Below, one piece after another: positions 1 to 14,200 of a stretch of DNA of 64,000 bases (position 1 is the first letter of the stretch; each line of letters opens with the position of its first letter). Position numbers and translations under genes: made by a program. Source of the stretch: Ranitomeya imitator (Eukaryota); NCBI RefSeq assembly GCF_032444005.1, contig NC_091290.1, positions 10,726,001 to 10,790,000 on the forward strand, given 5' to 3'. The notes beneath the pieces are model-generated. The model searched no databases and was not told the DNA's origin. It was given only the letters and a program-made list of their open reading frames with translations.

Positions 1-1021
1 GGTGTCCGTCAGCCGCATTTCTGATCTCAGGGCTGGTCTGCCGCCGGCAGGGAGGAAACTTGCCGAGAACCTAAGGGCAGCATGTTGTAGCAGGAGCAGG
101 AATAGTGAGAATGCCGGGTCAGCGCCTGCAGCAGGTAGCACAGCCAAACCCAAAGCGAGAATCCTGCCACAAAGCAGGGAAAAGAGCATGAAGATGTGAA
201 CATGTGCTCGGGCGGGAAGAGACAACAATTCTCATGCAATTCTAAGAATGTTCTAATAATACGTTGCATTCATAAAAGTAACACATGTGCATGAGTTCTG
301 GGCTCCAGAGCTCACAATCTTCATACACGTCCATTTATCTTATGTTCGTGCATTTGCACGTGGGAAGTTGATGGGTGCAAAACGTGGCTGAAAATCTGGG
401 GGGTTGTGTATCGACCTACAATCTGCAGCCAAGTAGACGGAGGCCGGTTGGTGCAACGACTGCATAACATTTCTCACAATGGCTGCCACCCTGTGCGGAA
501 AAATTGGGCATGTTTGCAGAATTGTGCCCGCCATCTACCACTAGAACCTTCTTACGTGGCAGAAGGAAGATTGGACAGGACTGCCGGATCCCCGCAGGGA
601 TAAAAAATCATGACAACAGGATCCTCCATCATAGGACAGAGGTCACATCTTTAGGGGCAAGAAATGGGTTCATAGCGGGAAGTAGAATGGTCACGACCGG
701 GACAAGGGGCAGTTTGAAAAATTTTTACTGACGCGTTTCGGAGACCTCCCGGATGTAGTTCATTAAAAGTTGTACGATTTATATAGATGCAGCCCTTTTC
801 TAAATGGAGGCCCTAATGTAAAGTATGTAACAGGGCTGCCCAACTACGAGGCATCGCGTGGAGTAATTTTGGCACCTTTTGGGCCACGGTGTGACTTTGA
901 TGTCTTCGCCGACGGGGCTAAAACATACAGTGATCCCCCCCATTACAATGGCAAATACCCTTATTTAGTTTATATACTTATCATAGATGATAACATTTCA
1001 GGCCTGATACATGCCTGATAC

Positions 1022-1460
1022 ATGGAGCCCAGCAACGCCCCGTGCCCTAGCCCACGTGCTTCAGGGCACGCGCCCTCAGCCCACGCGCCCCCAGCCCACA
1101 TGCCACGCGCCCCAGCCCATGCACCCCAACCCACGCGCCCTCAGCCCATGCGTCCCCAACCCACGCGCCCCAGCCCGCGTGCCCACAGAACACGTGCCCC
1201 AGCCCACAGGCCACGTACCACAAGCCCACTTTCCCAGCCCAAGCACCCCAACCCACGCACCCCCAGCCCATGCACCCCAACCCACGCGCTCTCAGCCCAT
1301 GCGTCCCCAACCCACGCGCCCCCAGAACACGTGCCCCAGCCCACATGTCCCAGCCCACATGTCGTCAGGCCACGCACCCCCAGCCCACGCGTCCCAGCCT
1401 ACACGCCCCCAGCCCATGCACCCCAACCCACGCGCCCCAGCCCACGCGCCCACGCGTCAG
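1022..1460. repeat. C-rich degenerate minisatellite (cccagcccacgcg-type) with about 150-bp higher-order recurrence
   Basis: Recurrent cccagcccatgcaccccaacccacgcg blocks at about 1110, 1262 and 1410. Confidence 0.8.
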
Positions 1461-2224
1461 CGCTTTGCACCACTGCTATCTTGCTATGTAAACAGACACA
1501 TTAGAAAGCCTTATTCTCAGACTTTGTAGCCTTTCGCTGAGCCGGTTTTTTTTTGCAAACTTTTTTTTTTATCCTGCAAGAGTTGTTCCCTGTGAGATCT
1601 GCCTGGTAACAGATCTGCTCAGCCATTGGCGGCAGCGAGTGATGAGTGTTCCTAGATCGGCCCCTCCATCATAGGGAGTTCCCTTCATCATTGTAATGTG
1701 TGACCACACACAGGGGAAGGGGAGGCACAGGACTCACACCCTGATAACCAGGCCTGATAACTAATCCTCATCCCCTGATAACCGGCTTCCACTCTGCAAA
1801 ATGAACCATTCATATGCAAAGTTTGCCCTGCACAGCCAGAGGCGCTGCACCCATCCCCAAAACAGCCCAATATCAGTGCCATGTATCACCGGCGACCAAT
1901 ATGGCCCCATCTATATTCCGGTCACAATGCATTTTATTGATGCATTGCAATGAGCCTCAATTTAATCAGGCAGCTAGATGGCTTTTTTGTACTTTTACAT
2001 AGGACTGCAGGTTGCATTTGCTTCTAGGCTATAATTCTGCATGCGACTTAATCCGCCTGGGACGTTCCTCATCGTGAATTTTATTGGTTTGCTTTCACAA
2101 TGCGTTTTGCATGGCGGAGATATACGTGGGGGGAAGTGATACAGTATACAATGAGCATTATACACAGCAGAAAAGGAGGAACCTAATGGAGACCCCAAAC
2201 TATACTTTTTAGGGGGTTTCCAGA

Positions 2225-2504
2225 TGCAGCACGGTGGCTCAGTGGTTAGCACTCTAGCCTTGGAGCGCTGGGGTCCTGGGTTCTAATCCCACCCAGGACG
2301 ACATCTGCACAGAGTTTGTATGTTCTCCCCGTATTTGCGTGGGTTTCCTCCGGGTTCTCCGGTTTCCTCCCACATTCCAAAGACATACTGATAGGGAATT
2401 AAGATTGTGATCCCCATCAGGGACAGCGACGATAACATTTTGTAAAGCGCTGCGGAATATGTTAGCGCTATATAAAAATAAAGATTATTATTTATTATTA
2501 TTAT
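2225..2504 (+). mobile_element. tRNA-derived SINE (V-SINE-like core, LINE-like 3' tail)
   Basis: A box GGTGGCTCAGTGG, B-box-like GGGTTCTAATCCC, central gtttgtatgttctccccgt...gggtttcctccggg...ctcccaca block, tail tgtaaagcgctgcgg...aataaa followed by (att)n. Confidence 0.8.
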
Positions 2505-2754
2505 TTCCCAGTGCACTTAAAAAACAGATATTGCAAAACGCGCTGGAAAAGCAACCGGAGGAGAGAAATGTTAACCATCCGTGTAACGTGTTGAGTTGCG
2601 TGGAAGCATGTTCTCCCCTAGAAGTAATGCAGAAAGAAAACATTTCGGGGCCTGTATATAAAACTGTAGACGTACGGAGGTGCAGGATCAGCCACATTAC
2701 AGATCGGTGAAACATACCCCCTAGGATCTGTGCATGCTGCCGATCTACGTACAA

Positions 2755-5030
2755 ACTACCAAGGGCAAAACAGGCGAGTCACGTGCAAGCTACTAGGGGG
2801 CAAAACAGGCGAGCTATGTGCAAGCTACTAGGGGGCAAAACAGGCGAGCTATGTGCATGCTACTAAGGGGCAAAACAGGCGAGCTATGTGCATGCTACTA
2901 AGGGGCAAAACAGGCGAGCTATGTGCATGCTACAGGGGGCAAAACAGGCGAGCTATGTGCATGCTACTGGGGCAAAACAGGCGAGCTATGTGCATGCTAC
3001 TGGGGGCAAAACAGGCGAGCTATGTGCATGCTACAGGGGGCAAAACAGGCGAGCTATGTGCATGCTACTGGGGCAAAACAGGCGAGCTATGTGCATGCTA
3101 CTGGGGGCAAAACAGGCGAGCTATGTGCATGCTACTGGGGGCAAAACAGGCAAGCAATGTGCATGCTACTAGGGGGCAAAACAGGCGAGCTATGTGCATG
3201 CTACTAGGGGGCAAAACAGGCGAGTCATGTGCATGCTACTTGGGGGGCAAAACGGGCGAGTCATGTGCATGCTAAAAGGGGGGCAAAACAGGCGAGCTAT
3301 GTGCATGCTACTAGGGGGCAAAACAGGCAAGCTATGTGCATGCTACTAGGGGGCAAAACAGGCGAGTCACATGCATGCTATTAGGGGGCAAAACAGGTGA
3401 GTAACATGCATGCTACTGGGGGGCAAAACAGGCGAGTCATGTGCATGCTATAAGGGGGGCAAAACAGGCGAGTAACATGCATGCTACTGGGGGGCAAAAT
3501 AGGCGAGTCATGTGCATGCTATAAGGGGGGCAAAACAGGCGAGTCATGTGCATGCTACTGGGGGGGCAAAACAGCCGAGTCACGTGCATGCTATAAGGGG
3601 GCAAAACAGGCGAGTCATGTGCATGCTACTGGAGGGCAAAACAGCCGAGTCACTTGCATGCTACTAGGGGGCAAAACAGGTGAGTCATGTGCATGCTATA
3701 AGGGGGGCAAAACAGGCGAGTAACATGCATGCTACTGGGGGGCAAAATAGGCGAGTCATGTGCATGCTATAAGGGGGGCAAAACAGGCGAGTCATGTGCA
3801 TGCTACTGGGGGGGCAAAACAGCCGAGTCACGTGCATGCTATAAGGGGGCAAAACAGGCGAGTCATGTGCATGCTACTGGAGGGCAAAACAGCCGAGTCA
3901 CTTGCATGCTACTAGGGGGAAAAATAGGTGAGTCATGTGCATGCTATAAGGGGGGCAAAACAGGCGAGTAACATGCATGCTACTGGGGGGCAAAATAGGC
4001 GAGTCATGTGCATGCTATAAGGGGGGCAAAACAGGCGAGTAACATGCATGCTACTGGGGGGCAAAATAGGCGAGTCATGTGCATGCTACTGGGGGGGCAA
4101 AACAGCCGAGTCACGTGCATGCTATAAGGGGGCAAAACAGGCGAGTCATGTGCATGCTACTGGGGGGCAAAACAGCCGAGTCACTTGCATGCTACTAGGG
4201 GGCAAAACAGGTGAGTCATGTGCATGCTACTGGGGGGCCAAAACAGGCGAGTAACATGCATGCTATTAGGGGGGCAAAAAAGCCGAGTCATGTGCATGCT
4301 ACTAGGGGGCAAAACAGGCGAGTCACGTGCTTGTTATTAGGGGAGCCAAACAGGTGAGTCACGTGCATGCTATTAGGGGGCAAAACAGCTGAGTCACGTG
4401 CATGCTATTAGGGGGGCAAAACAGCTGAGTCACGTGCATGCTATTAGGGGGCAAAACAGGCGAGTCACGTGCATGCTATTAGGGGGGCAAAACAGGCGAG
4501 TAATGTGCATGCTACTAGGGGGCAAAACAGGCAAATCACGTGCATGCTATTAGGTGGGCAAAACAGGCGAGTCACAACCATGCTACTAGGGGGGCAAAAC
4601 AGGTGTGTCACGTCCATGCCACTAGGGGACAAAACAGGCGAGTCACATGCATGTTACAAGGGGCGAAACAGACGAATCATGTGCATGTTACAAGGGAACA
4701 AAATAGATGAGTCACATTTATGCCACTAGGAGGGCAAAACAGGCGAATCATGTGCATGCTACTAAGAGGGCAAAACAGATGAGTCACATCAATTCTAGGA
4801 TGGCAAAACAGGCGAGTCACGTGCATATTAGTAGGAGGGCAAAACAGGCAAGTCATATGCATGCTACTAGGGGGGCAAAACAGGCGAGTAATGTGCATGC
4901 TACTAGGGGGCAAAACAGGCAAATCACGTGCATGTTTCAAGGGGCAAAACAGGCAAATCACGTGCATGTTACAAGGGGACAAAAACAGGAGAGTCATGTG
5001 CATGCTGCAAGAGAGCAAAACAGGTGTGTG
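2755..5030. repeat. About 33-36 bp minisatellite (GGGGCAAAACAGGCGAG[CT/TC]ATGTGCATGCTACTA), about 65 units, degenerating towards the 3' end
   Basis: Tandem units directly visible. A 248-bp higher-order duplication gives near-identical ORFs at 3481 and 3729. Confidence 0.95.
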
Positions 5031-5782
5031 TCACTGCGGCTACTACATTGCAGTAATGTGCCCGTGTGCATGGGACTATTACGGCTTCGCGTGTTCATTG
5101 ACATCTGACAAGTCGAGGGTTTCCAGGACCCCACAGGCAATCGATAAGGACCCACCAACTATAATCTATAGTCCTAAAAATCAGACGGCTATGAGTGAGG
5201 ACCGCCATACAAATTTCCTGGGCTCCTGAATGCCAAATTTTGTAGCAATTCCAGAAGATGCATGGTGACAATTTGCTCTCGGGACTCTGGGAGAGCTGGG
5301 TGACGGCCCAGGACGCCATATTGGTGGAAGGAGATATAGTAAAGAAACACCCGGTGACTTTTATGGTGTCGGAAAGGTCTCTGTCTCCTAGATCTGTCAC
5401 GTGTGTGGGTATAAATGACAAATATCTCTGTGGGGTGTGTAAGGTGAAGGCTCCAACAATCAGGAGCTGTCTGACTGCGGGCAGCTCTGCAGCAACTTGT
5501 CGCCCGGGCGCAGAGGGCGCGTGACTGCGGGCGATCTCATAAAACGAGGAAATCATAATGAAATTCACCTCCAGAAGATGAGCGCAGCTCTCACAGGAGG
5601 AGGAGCTGTTAATTCTGCTCCGCTCATTCACAAAATCGTGAAACAGAGAAGTCTGACTTCCTTCCTGATCGCCACACACACGCTCGCTTCACATGATCCG
5701 CGGCCCCGCAGTCTAACCTCAAGCCCTCCATTATAAACCCAGAACATGCAGAGCCCATCATTCCACAAGACAATGACACAAT

Positions 5783-7730
5783 CAGCTCTGCTGCATCGCA
5801 AATGTCAGCTCTGCTGCATCGCAAATGTCAGCTCTGCTGCATCGCAAATGTCAGCTCTGCTGCATCGCAATTGTCAGCTCTGCTGCATCGCAATTGTCAG
5901 CTCTGCTGCATCCCAAATGTCAGCTCTGCTGCATCGCAAATGTCAGCTCTGCTGCATCGCAAATGTCAGCTCTGCTGCATCGCAAATGTCAGCTCTGCTG
6001 CATCGCAAATGTCAGCTCTGCTGCATCCCAAATGTCAGCTCTGCTGCATCGCAAATGTCAGCTCTGCTGCATCCCAAGTGTCACCTCTGCTGCATCCCAA
6101 GTGTCAACTCTGCTGCATCCCAAATGTCAGCTCTGCTGCATCCCAAATGTCAGCTCTGCTGCATCGCAAATGTCAGCTCTGCTGCATCCCAAATGTCAGC
6201 TCTGCTGCATCCCAAATGTCAGCTCTGCTGCATCCCAAATGTCAGCTCTGCTGCATCCCAAATGTCAGCTCTGCTGCATCGCAAATGTCAGCTCTGCTGC
6301 ATCGCAAATGTCAGCTCTGCTGCATCGCAAATGTCAGCTCTGCTGCATCCCAAATGTCAGCTCTGCTGCATCCCAAGTGTCAGCTCTGCTGCATCCCAAG
6401 TGTCAACTCTGCTGCATCCCAAGTGTCAACTCTGCTGCATCCCAAATGTCAGCTCTGCTGCATCCCAAATGTCAGCTCTGCTGCATCGCAAATGTCAGCT
6501 CTGCTGCATCGCAAATGTCAGCTCTGCTGCATCCCAAATGTCAGCTCTGCTGCATCGCAAATGTCAGCTCTGCTGCATCGCAAATGTCAGCTCTGCTGCA
6601 TCGCAAATGTCAGCTCTGCTGCATCCCAAATGTCAGCTCTGCTGCATCCCAAATGTCAGCTCTGCTGCATCGCAAATGTCAGCTCTGCTGCATCCCAAGT
6701 GTCAACTCTGCTGCATCCCAAATGTCAGCTCTGCTGCATCGCAAATGTCAGCTCTGCTGCATCCCAAATGTCAGCTCTGCTGCATCCCAAATGTCAGCTC
6801 TGCTGCATCCCAAATGTCAGCTCTGCTGCATCGCAAATGTCAGCTCTGCTGCATCGCAAATGTCAGCTCTGCTGCATCCCAAATGTCAGCTCTGCTGCAT
6901 CCCAAATGTCAGCTCTGCTGCATCGCAAATGTCAGCTCTGCTGCATCCCAAGTGTCAGCTCTGCTGCATCCCAAATGTCAGCTCTGCTGCATCGCAAATG
7001 TCAGCTCTGCTGCATCGCAAATGTCAGCTCTGCTGCATCGCAAATGTCAGCTCTGCTGCATCCCAAATGTCAGCTCTGCTGCATCCCAAATGTCAGCTCT
7101 GCTGCATCCCAAATGTCAGCTCTGCTGCATCCCAAATGTCAGCTCTGCTGCATCGCAAATGTCAGCTCTGCTGCATCCCAAATGTCAGCTCTGCTGCATC
7201 CCAAATGTCAGCTCTGCTGCATCCCAAATGTCAGCTCTGCTGCATCGCAAATGTCAGCTCTGCTGCATCCCAAATGTCAGCTCTGCTGCATCCCAAATGT
7301 CAGCTCTGCTGCATCCCAAATGTCAGCTCTGCTGCATCGCAAATGTCAGCTCTGCTGCATCGCAAATGTCAGCTCTGCTGCATCCCAAATGTCAGCTCTG
7401 CTGCATCCCAAATGTCAGCTCTGCTGCATCCCAAATGTCAGCTCTGCTGCATCCCAAATGTCAGCTCTGCTGCATCGCAAATGTCAGCTCTGCTGCATCC
7501 CAAATGTCAGCTCTGCTGCATCGCAAATGTCAGCTCTGCTGCATCGCAAATGTCAGCTCTGCTGCATCCCAAATGTCAGCTCTGCTGCATCGCAAATGTC
7601 AGCTCTGCTGCATCCCAAATGTCAGCTCTGCTGCATCGCAAATGTCAGCTCTGCTGCATCGCAAATGTCAGCTCTGCTGCATCGCAAATGTCAGCTCTGC
7701 TGCATCGCAAATGTCAGCTCTGCTGCATCG
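5783..7730. repeat. 23-bp tandem array CAGCTCTGCTGCATC(C/G)CAAATGT, about 85 copies
   Basis: Near-perfect 23-nt period. Variation is mostly the single C/G site. Confidence 0.98.
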
Positions 7731-7986
7731 CTGAGTGCGATAGCGTGGAACGCAGATGAAACGATGGCATTCAGGATCATTTCACAGGTTTCGTCATGCA
7801 CAGAGATAATGTAACACCAAATGACAAAACCAGCTCTGCTGCATCTGTAGGAGCAGGCCTAAAACCTGAGGTGTCAGACTCCGGGAGACGACAGTAACCT
7901 GCTGCCGCCAGTTCTGTTTGTGTAGGCGTATAACATCCAGAAAATGAGGGCGCAAAGGTGGTGACGAGACCTGAACCTGCACATAA

Positions 7987-10900
7987 GCACAATATATACA
8001 GGGGGTGCACAGTGTATACAGGGGGTGCACAGTGTATACAGGGGGGGTGCACAGTGTATACAGGGGGTGCACAGTGTATACAGGGGGGGTGCACAGTGTA
8101 TACAGGGGGTGCACAGTGTATACAGGGAGGGTGCACAGTGTATACAGGGGGTGCACAGTGTATACAGGGGGTGCACAGTATATACAGGGGGTGCACAGTG
8201 TATACAGGGAGGGTGCACAGTGTATACAGGGGGTGCACAGTGTATACAGGGGGTGCACAGTATATACAGGGGGTGCACAGTATATACAGGGAGGGTGCAC
8301 AGTGTATACAGGGAGGGTGCACAGTGTATACAGGGAGGGTGCACAATATATACAGGGGGTGCACAGTATATACAGGGAGGGTGCACAGTGTATACAGGGG
8401 GTGCACAGTGTATACAGGGGGGTGCACAGTGTATACAGGGGGTGCACAGTGTATACAGGGGGTGCACAGTGTATACAGGGGGTGCACAGTGTGTACAGGG
8501 GGTGCACAGTGTATACAGGGGGGTGCACAGTGTATACAGGGGGGTGCACAGTGTATACAGGGGGTGCACAGTATATACAGGGGGTGCACAGTATATACAG
8601 GGAGGGTGCACAGTGTATACAGGGGGTGCACAGTGTGTACAGGGGGTGCACAGTGTATACAGGGGGGTGCACAGTATATACAGGGGGTGCACAGTGTATA
8701 CAGGGGGTGCACAGTGTATACAGGGGGTGCACAGTGTGTACAGGGGGTGCACAGTGTATACAGGGGGGTGCACAGTGTATACAGGGGGTGCACAGTGTAT
8801 ACAGGGGGTGCACAGTGTATACAGGGGGTGCACAGTGTATACAGGGGGTGCACAGTATATACAGGGGGTGCACAGTATATACAGGGAGGGTGCACAGTGT
8901 ATACAGGGAGGGTGCACAGTGTATACAGGGAGGGTGCACAATATATACAGGGGGTGCACAGTATATACAGGGAGGGTGCACAGTGTATACAGGGGGTGCA
9001 CAGTGTATACAGGGGGGTGCACAGTATATACAGGGGGTGCACAGTGTATACAGGGGGTGCACAGTGTATACAGGGGGTGCACAGTGTGTACAGGGGGTGC
9101 ACAGTGTATACAGGGGGGTGCACAGTGTATACAGGGGGTGCACAGTGTATACAGGGGGTGCACAGTATATACAGGGGGTGCACAGTATATACAGGGAGGG
9201 TGCACAGTGTATACAGGGGGTGCACAGTGTATACAGGGGGGTGCACAGTGTATACAGGGGGTGCACAGTGCATACAGGGGGTGCACAGTGCATACAGGGG
9301 GTGCACAGTGTATACAGGGAGGGTGCACAGTATATACAGGGGGTGCACAGTGTATACAGGGGGGTGCACAGTGTATACAGGGGGTGCACAGTGTATACAG
9401 GGAGGGTGCACAGTGTATACAGGGGGTGCACAGTGCACAGTGTATACAGGGGGGGGTGCACAGTGTATATAGGGAGGGTGCACAGCGTATACAGGGGGTG
9501 CACAGTGTATACAGGGGGGGTGCACAGTGTATACAGGGGGTGCACAGTGTATACAGGGAGGGTGCACAGTGTATACAGGGGGTGCACAGTGTATACAGGG
9601 GGGGTGCACAGTGTATACAGGGGGTGCACAGTGTATACAGGGGGGTGCACAGTATATACAGGGGGTGCACAGTGTATACAGGGAGGGTGCACAGTGTATA
9701 CAGGGGGTGCACAGTGTATACAGGGGGGGTGCACAGTATATACAGGGGGTGCACAGTGTATACAGGAAGGGTGCACAGTGTATACAGGGGGTGCACAGTG
9801 TATACAGGGAGGGTGCACAGTGTATACAGGGAGGGTGCACAGTGTATACAGGGGGGGTGCACAGTGAATACAAGGGGGCGTGCACAGTGTATACAGGGAG
9901 GGTGCACAGTGTATACAAGGGGGCGTGCACAGTGTATACAGGGAGGGTGCACAGTGTATACAGGGGGTGCACAGTGTGTACAGGGGGTGCACAGTGTATA
10001 CAGGGGGGTGCACAGTGTATACAGGGGGTGCACAGTGTATACAGGGGGTGCACAGTGTATACAGGGGGTGCACAGTGTATACAGGGGGTGCACAGTATAT
10101 ACAGGGGGTGCACAGTATATACAGGGAGGGTGCACAGTGTATACAGGGAGGGTGCACAGTGTATACAGGGAGGGTGCACAATATATACAGGGGGTGCACA
10201 GTATATACAGGGAGGGTGCACAGTGTATACAGGGGGTGCACAGTGTATACAGGGGGGTGCACAGTATATACAGGGGGTGCACAGTGTATACAGGGGGTGC
10301 ACAGTGTATACAGGGGGTGCACAGTGTGTACAGGGGGTGCACAGTGTATACAGGGGGGTGCACAGTGTATACAGGGGGTGCACAGTGTATACAGGGGGTG
10401 CACAGTATATACAGGGGGTGCACAGTATATACAGGGAGGGTGCACAGTGTATACAGGGGGTGCACAGTGTATACAGGGGGGTGCACAGTGTATACAGGGG
10501 GTGCACAGTGCATACAGGGGGTGCACAGTGCATACAGGGGGTGCACAGTGTATACAGGGAGGGTGCACAGTATATACAGGGGGTGCACAGTGTATACAGG
10601 GGGGTGCACAGTGTATACAGGGGGTGCACAGTGTATACAGGGAGGGTGCACAGTGTATACAGGGGGTGCACAGTGCACAGTGTATACAGGGGGGGGTGCA
10701 CAGTGTATATAGGGAGGGTGCACAGCGTATACAGGGGGTGCACAGTGTATACAGGGGGGGTGCACAGTGTATACAGGGGGTGCACAGTGTATACAGGGAG
10801 GGTGCACAGTGTATACAGGGGGTGCACAGTGTATACAGGGGGGGTGCACAGTGTATACAGGGGGTGCACAGTGTATACAGGGGGGTGCACAGTATATACA

Positions 10901-11200
10901 GGGGGTGCACAGTGTATACAGGGAGGGTGCACAGTGTATACAGGGGGTGCACAGTGTATACAGGGGGGGTGCACAGTATATACAGGGGGTGCACAGTGTA
11001 TACAGGAAGGGTGCACAGTGTATACAGGGGGTGCACAGTGTATACAGGGAGGGTGCACAGTGTATACAGGGAGGGTGCACAGTGTATACAGGGGGGGTGC
11101 ACAGTGAATACAAGGGGGCGTGCACAGTGTATACAGGGAGGGTGCACAGTGTATACAAGGGGGCGTGCACAGTGTATACAGGGAGGGTGCACAGTGTATA
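7987..11200. repeat. Satellite block A, 20-22 bp unit GTGCACAGTGTATACA(G4-7 or GGGAGG)
   Basis: Tandem units directly visible; G-run spacer on the + strand; internal 1240-bp duplication. Confidence 0.97.
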
Positions 11201-14200
11201 CAGTATACAGTATATACGCAGTGTACAGTATATACACCCAGTATACAGTATATACCCCCAGTGTACAGTGTACAGTATATACACCCAGTGTACAGTATAC
11301 AGTATATACCCCCAGTGTACAGTATATACCCAGTGTACAGTATACAGTATATACACCCAGTGTACAGTATATACACCCAGTGTACAGTATACAGTATATA
11401 CACCCAGTGTACAGTATATACCCAGTGTACAGTGTATATACACCCAGTGTACAGTATATACACCCAGTGTACAGTATACAGTATATACACCCAGTGTACA
11501 GTATATACACCCAGTGTACAGTATACAGTATATACACCCAGTGTACAGTATATACCCAGTGTACAGTGTATATACACCCAGTGTACAGTATATACACCCA
11601 GTGTACAGTATACAGTATATACACCCAGTGTACAGTATATACACCCAGTGTACAGTATATACACCCAGTGTACAGTATACAGTATATACCCCCAGTGTAC
11701 AGTATATACCCAGTGTACAGTATACAGTATATACACCCAGTGTACAGTATATACCCAGTGTACAGTATATACCCAGTGTACAGTATACAGTATATACACC
11801 CAGTGTACAGTATATACCCAGTGTACAGTATACAGTATATACACCCAGTGTACAGTATATACCCAGTGTACAGTATACAGTATATACACCCAGTGTACAG
11901 TATATACACCCAGTGTACAGTATATACCCAGTGTACAGTATACAGTATATACACCCAGTGTACAGTATATACCCAGTGTACAGTATACAGTATATACACC
12001 AGTGTACAGTATATACCCAGTGTACAGTATACAGTATATACGCAGTGTACAGTATATACACCCAGTATACAGTATATACCCCCAGTGTACAGTGTACAGT
12101 ATATACACCCAGTGTACAGTATACAGTATATACACCCAGTGTACAGTATATACACCCAGTGTACAGTATACAGTATATACACCCAGTGTACAGTATATAC
12201 CCAGTGTACAGTGTATATACACCCAGTGTACAGTATATACACCCAGTGTACAGTATACAGTATATACACCCAGTGTACAGTATATACACCCAGTGTACAG
12301 TATACAGTATATACACCCAGTGTACAGTATATACCCAGTGTACAGTGTATATACACCCAGTGTACAGTATATACCCAGTGTACAGTATACAGTATATACA
12401 CCCAGTGTACAGTATATACCCAGTGTACAGTATACAGTATATACACCCAGTGTACAGTATATACCCAGTGTACAGTATACAGTATATACACCAGTGTACA
12501 GTATATACCCAGTGTACAGTATACAGTATATACGCAGTGTACAGTATATACACCCAGTATACAGTATATACCCCCAGTGTACAGTATATACACCCAGTGT
12601 ACAGTATACAGTATATACACCCAGTGTACAGTATATACACCCAGTGTACAGTATACAGTATATACACCCAGTGTACAGTATATACCCAGTGTACAGTGTA
12701 TATACACCCAGTGTACAGTATATACACCCAGTGTACAGTATACAGTATATACACCCAGTGTACAGTATATACACCCAGTGTACAGTATACAGTATATACA
12801 CCCAGTGTACAGTATATACCCAGTGTACAGTGTATATACACCCAGTGTACAGTATATACACCCAGTGTACAGTATACAGTATATACACCCAGTGTACAGT
12901 ATATACACCCAGTGTACAGTATATACACCCAGTGTACAGTATACAGTATATACCCCCAGTGTACAGTATATACCCAGTGTACAGTATACAGTATATACAC
13001 CCAGTGTACAGTATATACCCCGTGTACAGTATATACACCCCGTGTACAGTATATACCCCCAGTGTACAGTATATACCCCCAGTGTACAGTATATACACCC
13101 CGTGTACAGTATATACACCCAGTGTACAGTATATACCCAGTGTACAGTATACAGTATATACCCCCAGTGTACAGTATATACACCCCGTGTACAGTATATA
13201 CCCCCAGTGTACAGTATACAGTATATACCCCCAGTGTACAGTATATACCCCCAGTGTACAGTATATACACCCAGTGTACAGTATACAGTATATACACCCA
13301 GTATACAGTATATACACCCAGTGTACAGTATATACACCCAGTGTACAGTATATACACCCAGTGTACAGTATATACCCCCAGTGTACAGTATATACACCCA
13401 GTATACAGTATATACACCCAGTATACAGTATATACACCCAGTGTACAGTATATACACCCAGTATACAGTATATACACCCAGTGTACAGTATATACCCCCA
13501 GTGTACAGTATATACACCCAGTATACAGTATATACACCCAGTGTACAGTATATACCCCCAGTGTACAGTATATACACCCAGTGTACAGTATATACACCCA
13601 GTGTACAGTATATACACCCAGTGTACAGTATATACCCCCAGTATACAGTATATACACCCAGTGTACAGTATACAGTATATACACCCAGTGTACAGTATAT
13701 ACCCAGTGTACAGTGTATATACACCCAGTGTACAGTATATACACCCAGTGTACAGTATACAGTATATACACCCAGTGTACAGTATATACACCCAGTGTAC
13801 AGTATACAGTATATACACCCAGTGTACAGTATATACCCAGTGTACAGTGTATATACACCCAGTGTACAGTATATACACCCAGTGTACAGTATACAGTATA
13901 TACACCCAGTGTACAGTATATACACCCAGTGTACAGTATATACACCCAGTGTACAGTATACAGTATATACCCCCAGTGTACAGTATATACCCAGTGTACA
14001 GTATACAGTATATACACCCAGTGTACAGTATATACCCCGTGTACAGTATATACACCCCGTGTACAGTATATACCCCCAGTGTACAGTATATACCCCCAGT
14101 GTACAGTATATACACCCCGTGTACAGTATATACCCCCAGTGTACAGTATACAGTATATACCCCCAGTGTACAGTATATACCCCCAGTGTACAGTATATAC

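Noticed and set aside
722-770. Minus-strand GAAACGCGTCAG resembling the 3' half of a Penelope hammerhead
   Set aside because: The CUGAUGA box is degraded (TTAATGA) and stem II does not pair. At most a dead remnant.
2233-2292. tRNA gene suggested by A and B boxes
   Set aside because: The sequence continues into a SINE body and tail, with no complete cloverleaf. Called a SINE instead.
5095-5679. 194-aa minus-strand ORF and overlapping 88-aa plus-strand ORF in unique sequence
   Set aside because: No recognisable motif or splice pattern; this length is plausible by chance.
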